Source: Seison nebaliae (taxonomy: Eukaryota). Taken from it: DNA of 52,113 nt. Below, piece by piece: positions 14,813 to 28,966 of this stretch (within the stretch, counting starts at the first letter, position 1; each line of letters opens with the position of its first letter). The notes below the pieces were generated by a model. The model was given only the letters and a program-made list of their open reading frames with translations, was not told the DNA's origin and ran no database searches. The stretch is from positions 1 to 52,113 of the forward strand of contig JALJEE010000604.1 of the NCBI GenBank assembly GCA_023231475.1, given 5' to 3'. The position numbers were made by a program, and so were the translations under genes.

Positions 14813-17235
14813 ATCTAAATAAGAAAATTGTAAATGTTTATTTCTCAATGAATTCTTCTCATAAAAACAACTCAAATAGACGATTTTAAATTGAAGAAAA
14901 TACGTAACATTTCATATTTCCATCATTCATCAGACATCTTAATTTCTTTCATAATATATTTCCTTTTTATTTTCATCGACTAAATTAGAAATTGTGAAAT
15001 AGATATTATATTAAAACTCTAATTTTCTTCTTCTCTTATAAATTTTTTTTCAATTACAAAAATTTTAACGGGAATTAATCGGAGTAATTGTGACGATTGC
15101 TCTTAATATTTTCATTTTACTAGACATTCTCTCAATTTTCTTTCTCGATGCACAATTCATCGTTTTCCGACAGTTTAAGAGATATAACCTTCTCCTGATA
15201 GAAATATGGAAGAGGAAAAATCGACAAGAAAATCCTTCACGTTCCACTTGGAGAAGTTCTTCCTATTTGGAAATAAATCGATCGATTCTCTTGAACTATT
15301 CACGTATGTAAGTAACTAGCTACTTCCTAAAAAAACCACCAACCTACTGTTTGTGCACAGAGAAATTGATCAAATAATTTGTTTAATTTAGTTACAACTC
15401 AGATCGTGTTTATTGATAGTTATTTTTCAATGAAATTTATTTGAAAAAATATACAATATGTTCATCTAACATACTCACACACATATGCATACAGTTAATG
15501 TTGTGGCCACACAATTCTCCCCCGACACACGTACACATACACACACACATACACACACACACATCTTAAATAGACATCAGACATATTCGACATTCATCTG
15601 TATAGCGATCGAAATAAAATAAATAGGCTTGAGAAAAAGGAATCTGATTAATTTTTTGAGCACAACAAACATATTTCCCCACCATTCAAATGTGTGATGA
15701 AGAATGAATGTGGAGAAATGGGGAAATGGGAAGAAAGTGCGGACATCCGACAGTCAAATAAATGAGAAAAAAGAGGAAAAACCACAAACATTCACCAATC
15801 TTTAGAAATAAAATATGAAGAAGACTAAAATATCATGATGATTGTTGTTGTTGTTATTGCTGCTGATATATCTGAAAGGAGTATTGAGAGGAAAACACAT
15901 TAGGAAAGACTAGTCTAGCCTTAATGGGAAGAGTTGGGGGGAAATGCACAACTGAAAATAATGAATCAACCGGATCGATATGGAATTGTATCGGTCTTAT
16001 TGATAAAATTCATTATAATTAGAATTTTCCTTTTCTTTTACCGACGAAACCTGCGTTTTCACACTTTGCCCACCACTCCTCACAAATCGATATATCAAAT
16101 TCGATTCTTCATTCTATTCTGCCATAATTGAACTTATAAAAGTTTTATCCGCATCATACCTCCTTCGGCAAATCATCCAATTCACGTTCATATCATCTGG
16201 TTAAAATGAAAAGAAGTGGTAACTGTGAAAATGACATAAAAGATCATTTGATAAGACTCATTCGGTTAATTCGTCTCCCTACCAATTCCAATTGTTTTGT
16301 TTACAGAATCTTCTTCTCAATTTCTTTTCATGTTTATTCATCTTTTTTGCTCAACTCATCTCCATCCGACACTTCTTATCTCTCTACTCATAATTTTCAT
16401 CGATTTTTTTCATAATGTGAAATTTCCAATATGGACTAGCTGAAGAGTCACCATCAAAATGGTCAATAATCTGATAACCAAATCTCGACACAAATGACGT
16501 GAATAAACAGATAGAACAATTAGAGCAATAATTATTCCGTCACTTCTTTCTGCATACAACTGTAAATATTTAAATTTTGAACTTTTAAGCATGATCAATA
16601 ATGATTAACGAACGAACCAAAAATCAACTTAATTATAAAACTGTAGAAATTAGAAAACATTTTCTTTAACATTATAAGAAAGAAGAAGATTAAGAAAGAT
16701 GAAGAAATTGTTAATATAAATATATTTTATTATAACTCAATTTTGTACGATAGAAAATAATTAGTGAAAGAAAGTTTTGTTTTGAATAACTATAAAATTA
16801 CTATCAAATTGTTCAAAGATCTCATTTCTAGATAAATAATCACATAAAATCGTATTGACATTTCTATGCAAAATCAATCGTGAACGAAAATTTTTGATTT
16901 GCATTTTTTGTTTTCATTGAAAAATTTTGATTTTCCTCCCACAAATAAGTTCGGGAGAGATTAATAATTGGTTTGAGTCAAACTGAAAATGAGTCCACAG
17001 AACTGATCATTGGGAGTGAGAAAGATATAATTAAAGGGAATTAGAAAAGAAGAAATAACGGAGATATTCAAAGGAATATCACTATAATAGATATCCAAAG
17101 AAAAAAAGATTCGTCGTGACATGTAAATGGAGAAAAATGTAAAATGAAAAAGATTCAAATGATGTATACAGAAGAAATAGAGAAAATGAATAATTCAAAG
17201 GTGGAGATGGAACGATATGAACCATCTCTTCTTCT

Positions 17236-20200
17236 CTACGAAGTGAATAGATGTGACAGTTTGAGATGGAAAGGTTTCGATTGAATTGAATCGATTAGAG
17301 AATGATTCATCGATGTGACATCGATTCGATCATGTTTGAGAAAGTCATTTTCTAATTTACCCGATTCCATCGACCGATGATGATTATGACGATGATTCTC
17401 TTCATTAATAAATTCTTTTTCAAACAATCTCTTATCATCCAATGACAAGATTGAAGGCATCTTTTTCTTTTTCTGATATGCCTCATTTCTCATCTCATTA
17501 TCATCAATTGAAATTTGATTTGCTGGAACTTTTGATTCATTCTTATTATTGTTATTATTATTTCTATTATTTTCCATATTAATTTTTGATTCATTATCTG
17601 ATTGTTCTGATGATGATGATGATGATGATGACGAGGAAGATGATGATGATGACGAAGAATTATTTTGTTTGAGATTAATTGATAAATTATTCTCATTCTC
17701 AAATTTCTCTAATAATTTGGGTAGAATGATTGTTGTGATACGTTTGGAATAATTGATTGGAATGAATGACGTCATCCATTTGGCGATAACAGACAATTTT
17801 AAAGATTTCATATTCTCATCTTTTGATGAATGATCATCTCGCATTTCTCGATTAATATCATCCAAATAATTTGTTAATATGCCCAATCGTTGATGTTGAT
17901 GATGACGAATGAAATTCATCGATCTCTTACGAAACATCTCCAATTCTTCCAATTCCTTCTCCTCTTCTATCTTCAACAGATTCAATCTTTCTTCTTGGAA
18001 TTGTTGGAGAGTAACATTCTCATTCTCCACTTGTTTCTTCAATCGATCTGTTTGCAAATCTTTTCGTTTCTTTTCTTGATTCTTTCGATTTTAAAAGAAA
18101 AATTATTTATTTTATAAAAATAAACAATAAGAATTAAACTTCTAATGATTTCTTTGTTAATTCCACTTTCTCCAAATAATTCTGTTTCATCATCATTCGT
18201 TGTTGACGACAAACCGATTTTAATCGATCCAGTTCTATTCTACTCAAATTCTTGTCCGTCATCTGTTGACATTCGGTCATTCTCTTCTCCATTTGATTGA
18301 CGTACAATAATTTTTCCGTTTTATATTGTCGATAGATTTGTTGAGAAATTTTCTGGAAAAAGTATTTTAAAAAAATGGAAAATTTGGGAAGAAAACTTTG
18401 ATATCTTTTGATAATCGTCGAACGGAAATTTCGTTTTGACGGATGATTTCCTTTCGTTTCTTTTCGAAAAATTCTGAAACAGAAAATGATATATTGAGGA
18501 TAAATGGAGATTGATAGAGAGATAGAGAGGGAGGAAACCGTTTAACGAATTAATCTCTAATTGTTTCGAGTGTTTAAAAAATGAGAATTTGAGATGATGA
18601 GAATCGATGAGAGAGATGTGTTCATGATCAAATTCTTCCTGCAGATGATGTAACTCGCGTTGATGAAGTGTTTGAAGTGATTGAATGAGAAATGAAGCGA
18701 ATCGATCCAATAAAGATAATTCGACGGAAGAAATGATTTGAATGAATTGCTGATTTGTATGGAGAATCATTACATCATTCGATTTAGATTCGGTGAGATC
18801 AAATTGTTTCAATCTCTCCGATCTTTCCTTCCTCTCATTATATTTCCATTGACGAAGGGCAGTGGAATCACTTATCATTTCGATATTCTTCTTCGCTGCC
18901 AGTTTCACAGATTTATGATCGCGCTCTTCCGACGACATAAATTGACGTCGACGTTGTTCCATATTCGATTTCTCTTTCTTCAGTTTAATCTTCTTCTCAT
19001 TCTCCTTCTGTTGACGATAAACATAATATTCATTCTGCAATTTATTCTGTGTTAATTCGATATCTTTTAAGAATTTATTGAGATATTGAGAGAAAAGTTT
19101 CTTGTGTTTCTGATGAATAATCTGTCGATAATTCAATGCTTTCTCTCGATGCATTTTCAACTTTCGTTGATGTTGTTTCGATAATCGTTTCTCCGATCGA
19201 ATATGATTCATAATAAAATAATCTTGATATTCTTTTTGTTGTTGTTGTTGGTGTTGGGTGGATGTTTTGAGAATATTTATAAATAAATAATCTTCATTTT
19301 TATTCGAATTCTTTAAATTTTTATTAAAAATATTCTCTTTCTTCAAATTCTCACAATTCTTTTCTTTCATTTCATGGAAATTCTGATCGTCAGTTGATAT
19401 TCTTTTCAATTTCAACTCATTCTCATCATTCAATCGATTCAAGTATTGAATTGATGTATGTCTCTGTTTCAATTGTTGTTGTTGTTGTTGTTGCTTCAAA
19501 TCTAAACTATTCGAATATTTGTCATTTGTTGATGAATTGTCATTAAAATTCTTTGGAAATTTTTTCGATTTCTCTTCGTCATTCGATTGACGTTGTTCGT
19601 TATATGATGGAAGAGAAATAGTTGATGAGAAGATGGAAGTTGTCGATGCCGTCAATGATTCGTCTTGTAAGGAAGCGGTTGATGATGGAATTTTCAATTT
19701 TTCTTCTTTCGTCTCTTCTATCTTCTGATTATCGATAATTAAATGATTTTGAATAATTTCATTATTTTCTAACAAAAAATCGTCGGTGGGATGTGTTGAT
19801 GAGAGATGTTTATAATCATAATTTGTTAACAATTTATTTGTTCGACGTGAATTGAATGAACGATTCGACTCTTTTACTTTTTGTCGACACATATCGATTA
19901 ATTGGAGAATGATGTCATTCTTCCAATTGCCACCGGATTTCCCTTTAAGAAATTGCGTCTCATTCAATAATTGTTTGGCTGAATAACGTTCATTTGGATT
20001 GCGAGTTAAACAAATTGAAATGAATTCATGAAATTTATCATTCCATTCATTCGGATTCTTCAATTTCGATGATTGTGTCGATTGTGCAATTCGATAAAGT
20101 GCCGTCATTGGCACCAAATCGAAATGTGGTGGTCGTCTTTCCGCCATCTCAATACAAGTAATACCTAATGACCAAATATCAATACGATCATTATACCATC

Positions 20201-20780
20201 CATCATCCATCGCTAAAATAACTTCGGGAGCCATCCAATAAGGTGAACCGACGAAACTATTCGCTACGGATGTGGTGGATGCTGATCCGAAATCTGCCAA
20301 TTTCACAATTCCATTTACATCGATAAGAATATTCGACGCTTTTATATCACGATGAATGATCATCTGATCAGTATGAAGATAAACGAGCGCTTCACAAATA
20401 TCGCTGATGATGAGTGAGATGTATAACTCAGATAATTTATCACTCGTCGATTCGATGATATCGGTGATGGAAACTAGACAGAATTCCATAACGAGCCAAA
20501 ATGAGGAATTGAAGAAATTGGAATCGACAAATTTCACACAATTCACATGAGACAATTTCGATATTAAATAAATTTCTCGAGCAATCTCATTCTCTGATTC
20601 GCCGTCCTTAATCGGCATTCGCTTCAATGCGACTAATTCATTCGAACATTCTCTCCGACCGAAATACACCGAACCGAAATTCCCATGTCCTATTTGTTTG
20701 ACGGATGAATGTTGTGTGTATGGATCGATATCCCATTGAACAAGATGACGAATTGTATCGATATTAATCGTCTTCGTCAT
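17236..20780 (-). CDS. TAOK: Serine/threonine kinase TAO (STE20/GCK-VIII), about 1125 aa, 4 exons (introns 18474-18538, 18353-18396, 18082-18139)
   Basis: Kinase motifs GHGNFGSVY, VALKRM, HRDIKASN, DFG and TAO-type ANSFVGSPYWMAPEVILAMDDGWY; long C-terminal coiled coil. Three GT-AG introns restore one frame (3378 nt) to the TAG at 17236. Confidence 0.92.
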
Positions 20781-21161
20781 TGTCGTCGTCTTTACATTTT
20801 CATTCGGAACATCAAATATTTTCTTTTGAATTTTCAGAGAATTTTAAAGAAAAAAAACTTTCCTTCACTACTCCAACACTTTAGCAAACCATCTTCATTA
20901 TCGTTGTTGTGATTTGAGAATGAAGAAAGCAAATTTGAAGGAAAAAAGGAATTTATTGAAAAAGTTGAAGGAATTTATTGAAATGAAATGTAATTTTTTG
21001 AGGAAGAATAGAAAAACAAAAAATGTTTTATAATGAGAAATGTTTGGAAAAGGTGGAGAAAAAAAAAGAAAGAATAAAATTTATAATGATCAAAAATTTC
21101 CTCTTTTCTTTCAAATATTTCTTTTTCTTTTAAATCGATAATTATTTGATATTCTCCTTTA

Positions 21162-21191
<30 letters not shown>
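21162..21191. repeat. (AAT)n microsatellite
   Basis: About 10 perfect AAT units; a similar tract lies at 6389-6414. Confidence 0.9.
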
Positions 21192-21192
<1 letters not shown>

Positions 21193-22510
21193 TTCTCTTA
21201 CTGTATCATATCAAATTCTCCCCCTCCCCCTCCCCCCACACATACACACACATAGACACACAAACAACATTTTTGTAAAACATCTTTACATAAATTTATT
21301 TATTAACCACAAAAAGTGAATATTTAAAGAGAATTGATTCGTATAGAAAGGAAGAAAAGGAAGAAAAGAATTACATCGACATAATATGAGGTGAATGAAG
21401 AGAATGAACTAAATTGGAATGTAAATGATTGATAATAAAAAAAATGTTAAATGGAAAAATTGGAGACCAGACAATGTTTATTGAGATACATATAATTAAA
21501 TTTAATTAATATTGTGTTTGTGGAGGAGAAAGAAATATTATCTTATTGGTGATTCCCTCCCGTAAATTTCTTCTCAATCTTATTCAGATTCTACATCTAT
21601 TTCCATTGGAAATCAAAGTGAATAAGGCTAATTATTTAATTCATCTATCTACAATTCATTTAACTTTCATAAGACCTCCTTCCAATCAACAACAGATGGA
21701 TGAATGGAGAGAGGAGGAAGTATTCATCTAATTGGTCGGATTAATGAATTGAGCGAATAATTTATAAGGGAAGTATGATGAAAGAATGGTGGATTGAAAT
21801 GCACAGGAAACATAAAAACCGAATGCAGAGAAAGACGACTTCATATAATTAGGATTGAACTTTTCCAATTATTCTTCATAATCTCTTTAATATTATCGAT
21901 TAGAAGTCTCGATCTCAGACAACTTCAACAAATATTTACCTGACTAATTCTTCTATCTCTCCAGTTTGCTCCTTCGTCACAACTATGTAGAATAAGAGTA
22001 AATAGAAAAATTATCGAATTATCTCCCAATCTCACACAAACATTACTACTCTACATATTATGAATACTGTTCCTTCTTACAGATTCACATATTAAGAAAG
22101 TTGTTATCGTTCAGTCTTCGATTAAAAAAAAAAGAAAGAAATGAAATAAAAGAATAGGAAGAGTTGTTGAAGAGTTTACATGTATTCTACCATATCACTC
22201 CACTGACTGGTTAGAGAGGTGAGTTAAGTAGCTAACTTGACGAAAATCTTTCTTTCTCTTCTTCCTTTCATTCATCAACCAGTCGACTAAACTTTTCTCA
22301 TTACATATTCTTCATCGAGATTCATGTATACATATGTAATCTATCCAATTCTTCCAATATTCTCAACTGAGAGAATATCTGATGACTGCCAGTTAGAGTC
22401 GTAATGGGTAGAACGGAAAGCCGAAAAGTAAACGGGAATATGAGTTCGTACGATTGATGGAATTGAATGTAGCGAGAAAGAAATTAGGGGAAAAGAATGA
22501 GAAGAACAAA

Positions 22511-22519
<9 letters not shown>

Positions 22520-22549
<30 letters not shown>
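22520..22549. repeat. (AC)15 microsatellite
   Basis: Perfect dinucleotide run; imperfect CA tracts also at about 15474-15563, 21237-21262 and 25340-25358. Confidence 0.9.
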
Positions 22550-22555
<6 letters not shown>

Positions 22556-25542
22556 TATCGATCATTGTTAGTGTAAATTTTTGTAATAGATATATGTCTT
22601 CGTTATGTTTTGCTGTTGACGCCGATCACTTTCGATACCGACAAGCGCGTCAAATTGACATATCAGTCCACGTCGAGCATAACATGGTAATAGAAGAGTA
22701 AATTACTTTGAAAATAACTTAACCGAAAAACTAAACCAACGATGCTCTTTTAGACGAGAAATGTATGAAACTAACAAAAACAGGAAAGAAACAACTTCTC
22801 CAAAATGCCAATGCGGAAACTGCTATCGTCACTTACAAATATTTATATGAGAGATGTATATGAGGCAACTGAGAAATAGTGAATCGAATTTCATACTCTC
22901 ATACTTCTCGCTTAAAGTTAACTGCCATTTCTTTCAATTTCAACGAACGAAAGAAATAGCCATCATGAAATTGTGGTGCGGTTTGTCCAAAGAAACCATC
23001 CGAAATTGGGCGGCATAATAATGGAAGTGTTGATTCGACTCACTGAAGAATTCCCAAAAAGAAAACATTTCCATCGTCTAATTAATCGGATGGGGAACTG
23101 ATAAATATTTATGTCAATATCAATCCAACAAATTCAATTAACCATTTATGGATTTGTTAGAGATTGTCAATGTCATGCGAATGACAATCAAAAAGGAAAT
23201 TGACTCATTCTTCTTTGACATGAATGTAAGAAATTATTGTCCAAATTATTTTTCCTTTTTTCTCCTTATTTAAGGAATGTTTGATGAACAAAATAAAAAA
23301 TTCTATTACATCACTGAATAACTTATTATATAACAATTTGTCCATGTTCAGAGAACATTCTACTTTCTAACAAACACCACGTCAACGAGTGATGATTGTA
23401 CAACAATGTTTATTAGTGAACTAAAATGAAAGATTAACCGTAAATGATGTAAATGAGGGAAAAAAATGAGATTGGTAAAAAAATTAATTTTCTTCTCATC
23501 CGTTCCAAAATCAGCGAAGGAAATTCTCTCAGGAAATGTTTGAATACTAAACAAAAATCTGGACTGAATGTGAGGATGATAAATTTGACGTTCTCACAAA
23601 TTTCTCGTTTTGTACAGACGCCTTTCTCCATATCTTCTCAACTGATATACATTCATGACATTCTGAAAGGAAATTTCAACTTGACAACGAAAACTTAAAA
23701 AATTAAATATTTTACTGAAGAAAACCAGATAATAATACCATTCCGAATTTTTACTTTTAAAACTACATAATTTCGTTCGTTTCTCGACTTTTCAATTTTC
23801 ACTATTTCCATCTGCATTGGAATCATTTCGTTCTAATAGCTAAGTAATAAGAAATGATGAGGACCTTATGACGAAGATAAAGAAGTCGAATATCTGACTA
23901 TCATCCGTATTGAAATTAAAATATCCTTCAAATCAAACTGACATTTCTAGTGATAGATTATTGACAAACGGAAGATTATTGACAGATATACAGTATTCTA
24001 ATGATAAAATTAATATAATGATAATAAATCATTAATTTACACAATGTGTACTCATGGCAATGTAATATACCTACATAAAACATATTAAAAATTCATTTGT
24101 GGCAGATTCAAAAACATTATGCGGAATTCTCCGAAATGTACCATCTTCTCATATTTTTCATCAAAATTAACTATTGTTATAGCATTGCCATTCACACCAT
24201 TAGATCACCCTATCAATCGGTACTACCGATTCGGTAGTTCTCAATTATTTAACACATTTCGTCTGTTAAAGAAATTTATTTTAACTCAATTTGAGAACAT
24301 TTTATTCTGAAATTGTTAATTATAAACTTGGCGAGAAAGAATGGTAAAATGTGAAATAAAATAAAATAATTCAATTAGAAGAATATTCATCCCAACATTT
24401 TTCACTAATTTCATAGTTTCGATATATATAAAGTGTTGAATAATGTAAATGATTTATAAACGATTCAAAATCTTAACTATTTTGTAAAAATAAAAATTCC
24501 TAGGTAAAATCGGTGTTGAAAAATTCTTCAACTATTATATTTTAACATAGATATTCATCAAGTTGATAATGATACGATGTTGAGTCACACTTCTAAACAT
24601 TTATCTTTTTCAATAATGAGACGTTAGTATGATAAGATTAAGGAAATATTAAAATAAGAACATGAAATATCTTAAATTATCTAACATTTAGACAGATTGT
24701 TTTCAAACTTGAAATCTTAAACAAACGAGCAATATTTAATAATATTAACACGACAGTAGTCTCATATTTAAGATTGGTCAAATTGATTTTCAAACTTTGA
24801 TAACGAACGATTTATACATGGTGAAAGTTCGAGTAGAAATAGAAGTAGAAATTAGGTATTAGGTATTAGGTATTACATAAAAGAGTATTAAAAAAAGAAA
24901 AAATATATCGAGAATATTTAAGAATACACATTGTTGAAATGATATACTTATGAAAATTATAATGATATGTCAATTAGATTTGAGTTATATGTGGAATGGG
25001 TGGAATCGTAAATCGTTAAAGGTCATGAAACACCTGAGAGACGGAGAACTGTAAAAGATAATTGTTCATTTATAAGAATCTTCATATTTAGATGGTCAAT
25101 TGAATTGTTCATAAAAATGAGAAGTGAGAGAATGTGTCAAATTTGGTATAAAAGATGTATCTATAAATGTAATATATTCATGTGACTAGCATGACTGAAA
25201 ATTCAGAGAAGAGTAAACAACACGATGTAAAATGAACAGAAATTTCCTTTGCGTGTGAACGATTGTCAAATGAAATGAAGACAGCTAAAACTTACTTGAT
25301 GAAGTTGAACTACTAAATAAATAGAATTAGCCCTAACATACACACACACACACACACATATATCAGATAAGATGATGACGACAATGCTGGAGGAATAAAA
25401 GAAAATAATAATAAGTGAGAAAAAAAATGAGAGAGAGAGTTGCGGGAGAATATTGATGAAATATTTCATATAAAAGAATTAAAAAGGAAAAATTCAGTGG
25501 AATTGTGCTGTCCCAATCAAAAGCTTCAATCAGTAAAGATCG

Positions 25543-27069
25543 ATGTTTCTTTTCGTCGTGTTTCTATTTCTTTCTTATATCCTCCTACGTAATTGGAAAT
25601 TGATTAGTCGTTTCGTGCGTCGTGCACTCTTCGCTTTTATTCTCCTTTATTATTGTCTTCTGCCCATCATCATTCGAATACATCCGGAGATCTTACGCGA
25701 CGGTATCTTCCAACAAGGCGGTTACTTCCTTCTCTCTCTTTTTCAAATAGGAATTGATCTATTTTCATTAAAAGTCTATTCTCCATTGTCCGGATGTAAT
25801 GTCAGTGAACCATCCACTTGTGGTTTCGATGCAGTGAGAAATTATTACATGTCACATGATCCTCTCCATTCTCCCCTCAATAATTTTATTGGCGTCTGGT
25901 TTCCTTCGTTTTTTATTTGGAAAAAGTATATTCTCTTCATCTTTCTTAATTGTTTAGGCATTTCTCTAAACATCACAAATTTGATATCGATCTATCTGAC
26001 GATGAATATATCAAACAACAACTCTATCATTCAGATGATGATATCCTAATATATTTTCATGGAAATACAGCGGCCAGGTGTTTTTCCTTCGTCCATAAAT
26101 TAAAATAATTATACTCATCAGGTTTCTCACACATCGACGTCAACTAGCGGAACGGCTCAACGATCATTATCAATTACACGTCTTCTCTATCGATTATCGA
26201 GGCTATGCCGATTCATCGTCAATTTCACCCATAACTGAAGAATCAGTGGTGGTAGACGGATTACTCATTTATCGGAAACTTCGACAACTTATTAAGAATA
26301 ATCGGAAAATCTTCATTTGGGGACATAGTTTGGGATCTGGGTTAATCTCATTCAACTTCATCTTTTCTTTATCTCAATCTCTTCTCTCGAATAGTGTAGC
26401 TACTCATTTGACAAAAATCTTATCTCAATCCAAAAGTTTTAAAGAATTTTCTATTTTCCTCTTTTAAAGATCTCCTCTCCAGATGATTCATCTCCAGACG
26501 GTCTCATTCTCGAAGCTCCAATGTCATCCATACATGATGCAATCATGTCATTTCCGATCGGAAAAGTTCTCGACGAATTTCTCGTTTTATAATCTCTTTC
26601 TTTTTTTTAGCCTCTCACCAGAATTCCATTATATGCACGTTGGTTAAGTGATGCTATCGATATGACGGGAATTAAATTCGATTCTTATGAAAAGTTTATT
26701 TGAAAAAAAAAATTAATATTTCTCTTCTATCATCTTCCTCCAGTATCTGTTCGGTTGATAGTCCCGTCATGATATTGCATGCGGAAGATGATAAGACACT
26801 TCCATTTTGGCAGGGAGTAAAAGTTGAATTTTCAATTTTTTTCCATTTTCAAACTTCAAAACATTAATTTAGTTGTACGAACAAGGAAAGAGATGTGAGA
26901 AGAACATAACTTTCGTTCCGATTGAGAGAAAGTATCGATGTCGCCATAAATATATAATGAATTATCCGAAACTTGATGAAAATTTAAAGTTCACATTCAT
27001 ATTTGTTGGGAAAGATGTTTGAAGACACAGAGAATATTTTTCAGGAAATTCTTCCACGAAAGAAAATGA
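25543..27069 (+). CDS. ABHD12: Alpha/beta hydrolase ABHD12-like (lysophosphatidylserine/monoacylglycerol lipase family), 10 exons
   Basis: N-terminal hydrophobic TM segment; IGVWH, YFHGNTAAR, SIDYRGYADS, nucleophile IWGHSLGSGVA, LILEAP, ILHAEDD (acid) and YRCRHKYI (His). Introns 25721-25774, 25899-25957, 26078-26121, 26341-26394, 26436-26482, 26566-26610, 26694-26743, 26823-26872, 26989-27044. Confidence 0.9.
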
Positions 27070-28412
27070 AATGAGAGTTGATTGTTTGACGATAACACTC
27101 ACTGTTGGCATTGGCATCAGAGAAATTCACCTGTTTAGATTTTGTTCTTTCAAATAAATTTTTGGAGGAATGGACTCCCACCCGAACAAGATGACACTCA
27201 AAGATAAATTCCAATTATGCCAAATGCGAAAAGAATGAGAAATAGTTTCCGTTTGCCTTTAATAAAATTAATTTGACGAATACTAACGATTTCTGATAAC
27301 ATGAGAATATGTTGAAAAGAAAATTAAAATTTTCACAATTCCCACAAATTCCGTGCGAGAATTGTGCAAGAAGGATTGTGGGAATAACACCAAAAGTGTG
27401 GAATGAGTGTCGAACTGGAAAAGATGAAAATGAGAATTCTACTCGAGAATGATGTAATAGAAAAATATGATGTCTCGTTCATGAAATGATTTGAAAGAGA
27501 AATGAAAGTTGAATTAGGAGAGAAAGCGATTTGTGCATTGATTACACACTTGTCACATGAATAATTCAATCGTCGACTGTGAGTTGGATGTGATGAAAAT
27601 TCTTTTTATTGATATTGTCAAAGTAGAATTGCATCAACAAAAAGGAAAACAGAAGTTTTTAATAATTTCTCCTATTATCGACAATTGAACGGGAATCGAA
27701 ACGAAGTGAGAGGAAGAAAATTTCTTTGTTATTCTTCCTCTGCAAATTCGAGCGCCCGGCAAATTGCACCGAATTGAATTAGAGTCAATTCTCTTAAAAC
27801 AAATATTAGGAATGGATCATGTCACAATTGGTTTCACATGAATATTAATAAGGAAATGTACAACAATCATCCAATTCTTTCAATTTACTTAAACGATTTT
27901 CTTTCATACTTTTCTTCGAAAATTTCAAGTGATTTCCACGAATTTCACAAACATAAAAACTGAAATTTCATTTGGCAAACGGAAAATAATAAATAATCTG
28001 ACAAACTCCAATAGCCATCAGCTAAAAACTAATTAGTTATGTGCATATATTCACCAAGTCTCTTGCCAATATTGAAAATGTTTTAATAAATTATCAACTT
28101 TTTATTTTCCGTCCGATACTTCACAATTGATACGAAATTCTAATTTCTATTTCCACTCCTATTTCCAAGAGTCCTATATTTTTGTCAGTAGATAACCATT
28201 TCAAGATTCAATCATCGATTTCAAGTTATAAAAATTGGAAAATGTTTTTTGAATTAAGAAAAAGTTTTATAGAGAAATCATAGAAAATATTTAATTTAAA
28301 GGAAAAGAAATAGCATGCTGAAAATTACTTTAATTTATTCAACGATAATCTTTATTGTTCTTTCCAAACATGGGAAGGGAGGGGAAATGGGATTGGCAGA
28401 AATTGAAGATGA

Positions 28413-28433
28413 AGAGAGAGAGAGAGAGAGAGA
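28413..28433. repeat. (AG)n microsatellite
   Basis: Perfect GA run; a complementary (TC)n tract lies at 34054-34082. Confidence 0.85.
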
Positions 28434-28966
28434 ATTCTTAAATATAATCTGAATAGAATAGTTGTGGGATCGATTACTAAACTTCATTTGGATGAAAAGA
28501 AACGGTGAACATATTTTTTGTTGGAATAATGAGAATATGCCGATATTAAATTATAGGAAGGGAAAAATTCATTCGAAAAGAACAAATAGGATGGGAATTG
28601 TTTGACGATTGAAAATTTTGATTTTACATTGATTTTTTGACGACTAGTGAAAAAAGAGGATTAAAAAAATTCATAATGATCATATAATTTGGAAGTAAAT
28701 TTTATAAATTATAGAAAAATGAAAAAGAAAATGATGAAATATGTTTCTTCTCTTTCTTTGAAGGACCACACCCGTCAACCAAAAGTGATGTCGACAATCT
28801 CAACTTATTTAATTTGACTGATGGTGCAATCTTCATCATATCCAATCTTGTGATAAAATTTATCACGACGGAATTATGTTTGGCATAGAATAAAATAGAA
28901 ATTTCTTTTTTTTTTATCGAATTACGCAAAAAAATTATTTGAACATAATTATTCTTTTTATTCAAT

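Noticed and set aside
20230..20265. TAO GSPYW instead of GTPYW
   Set aside because: Conservative T-to-S change; all catalytic motifs are intact.
24851..24874. (ATTAGGT)3 telomere-like repeat
   Set aside because: Only three 7-nt units; not a recognised telomere array.
20800..25500. snRNA, SL RNA or tRNA genes in the long intergenic region
   Set aside because: No U1/U6, Sm-site or cloverleaf motifs recognised by eye; a covariance-model search is needed to exclude them.
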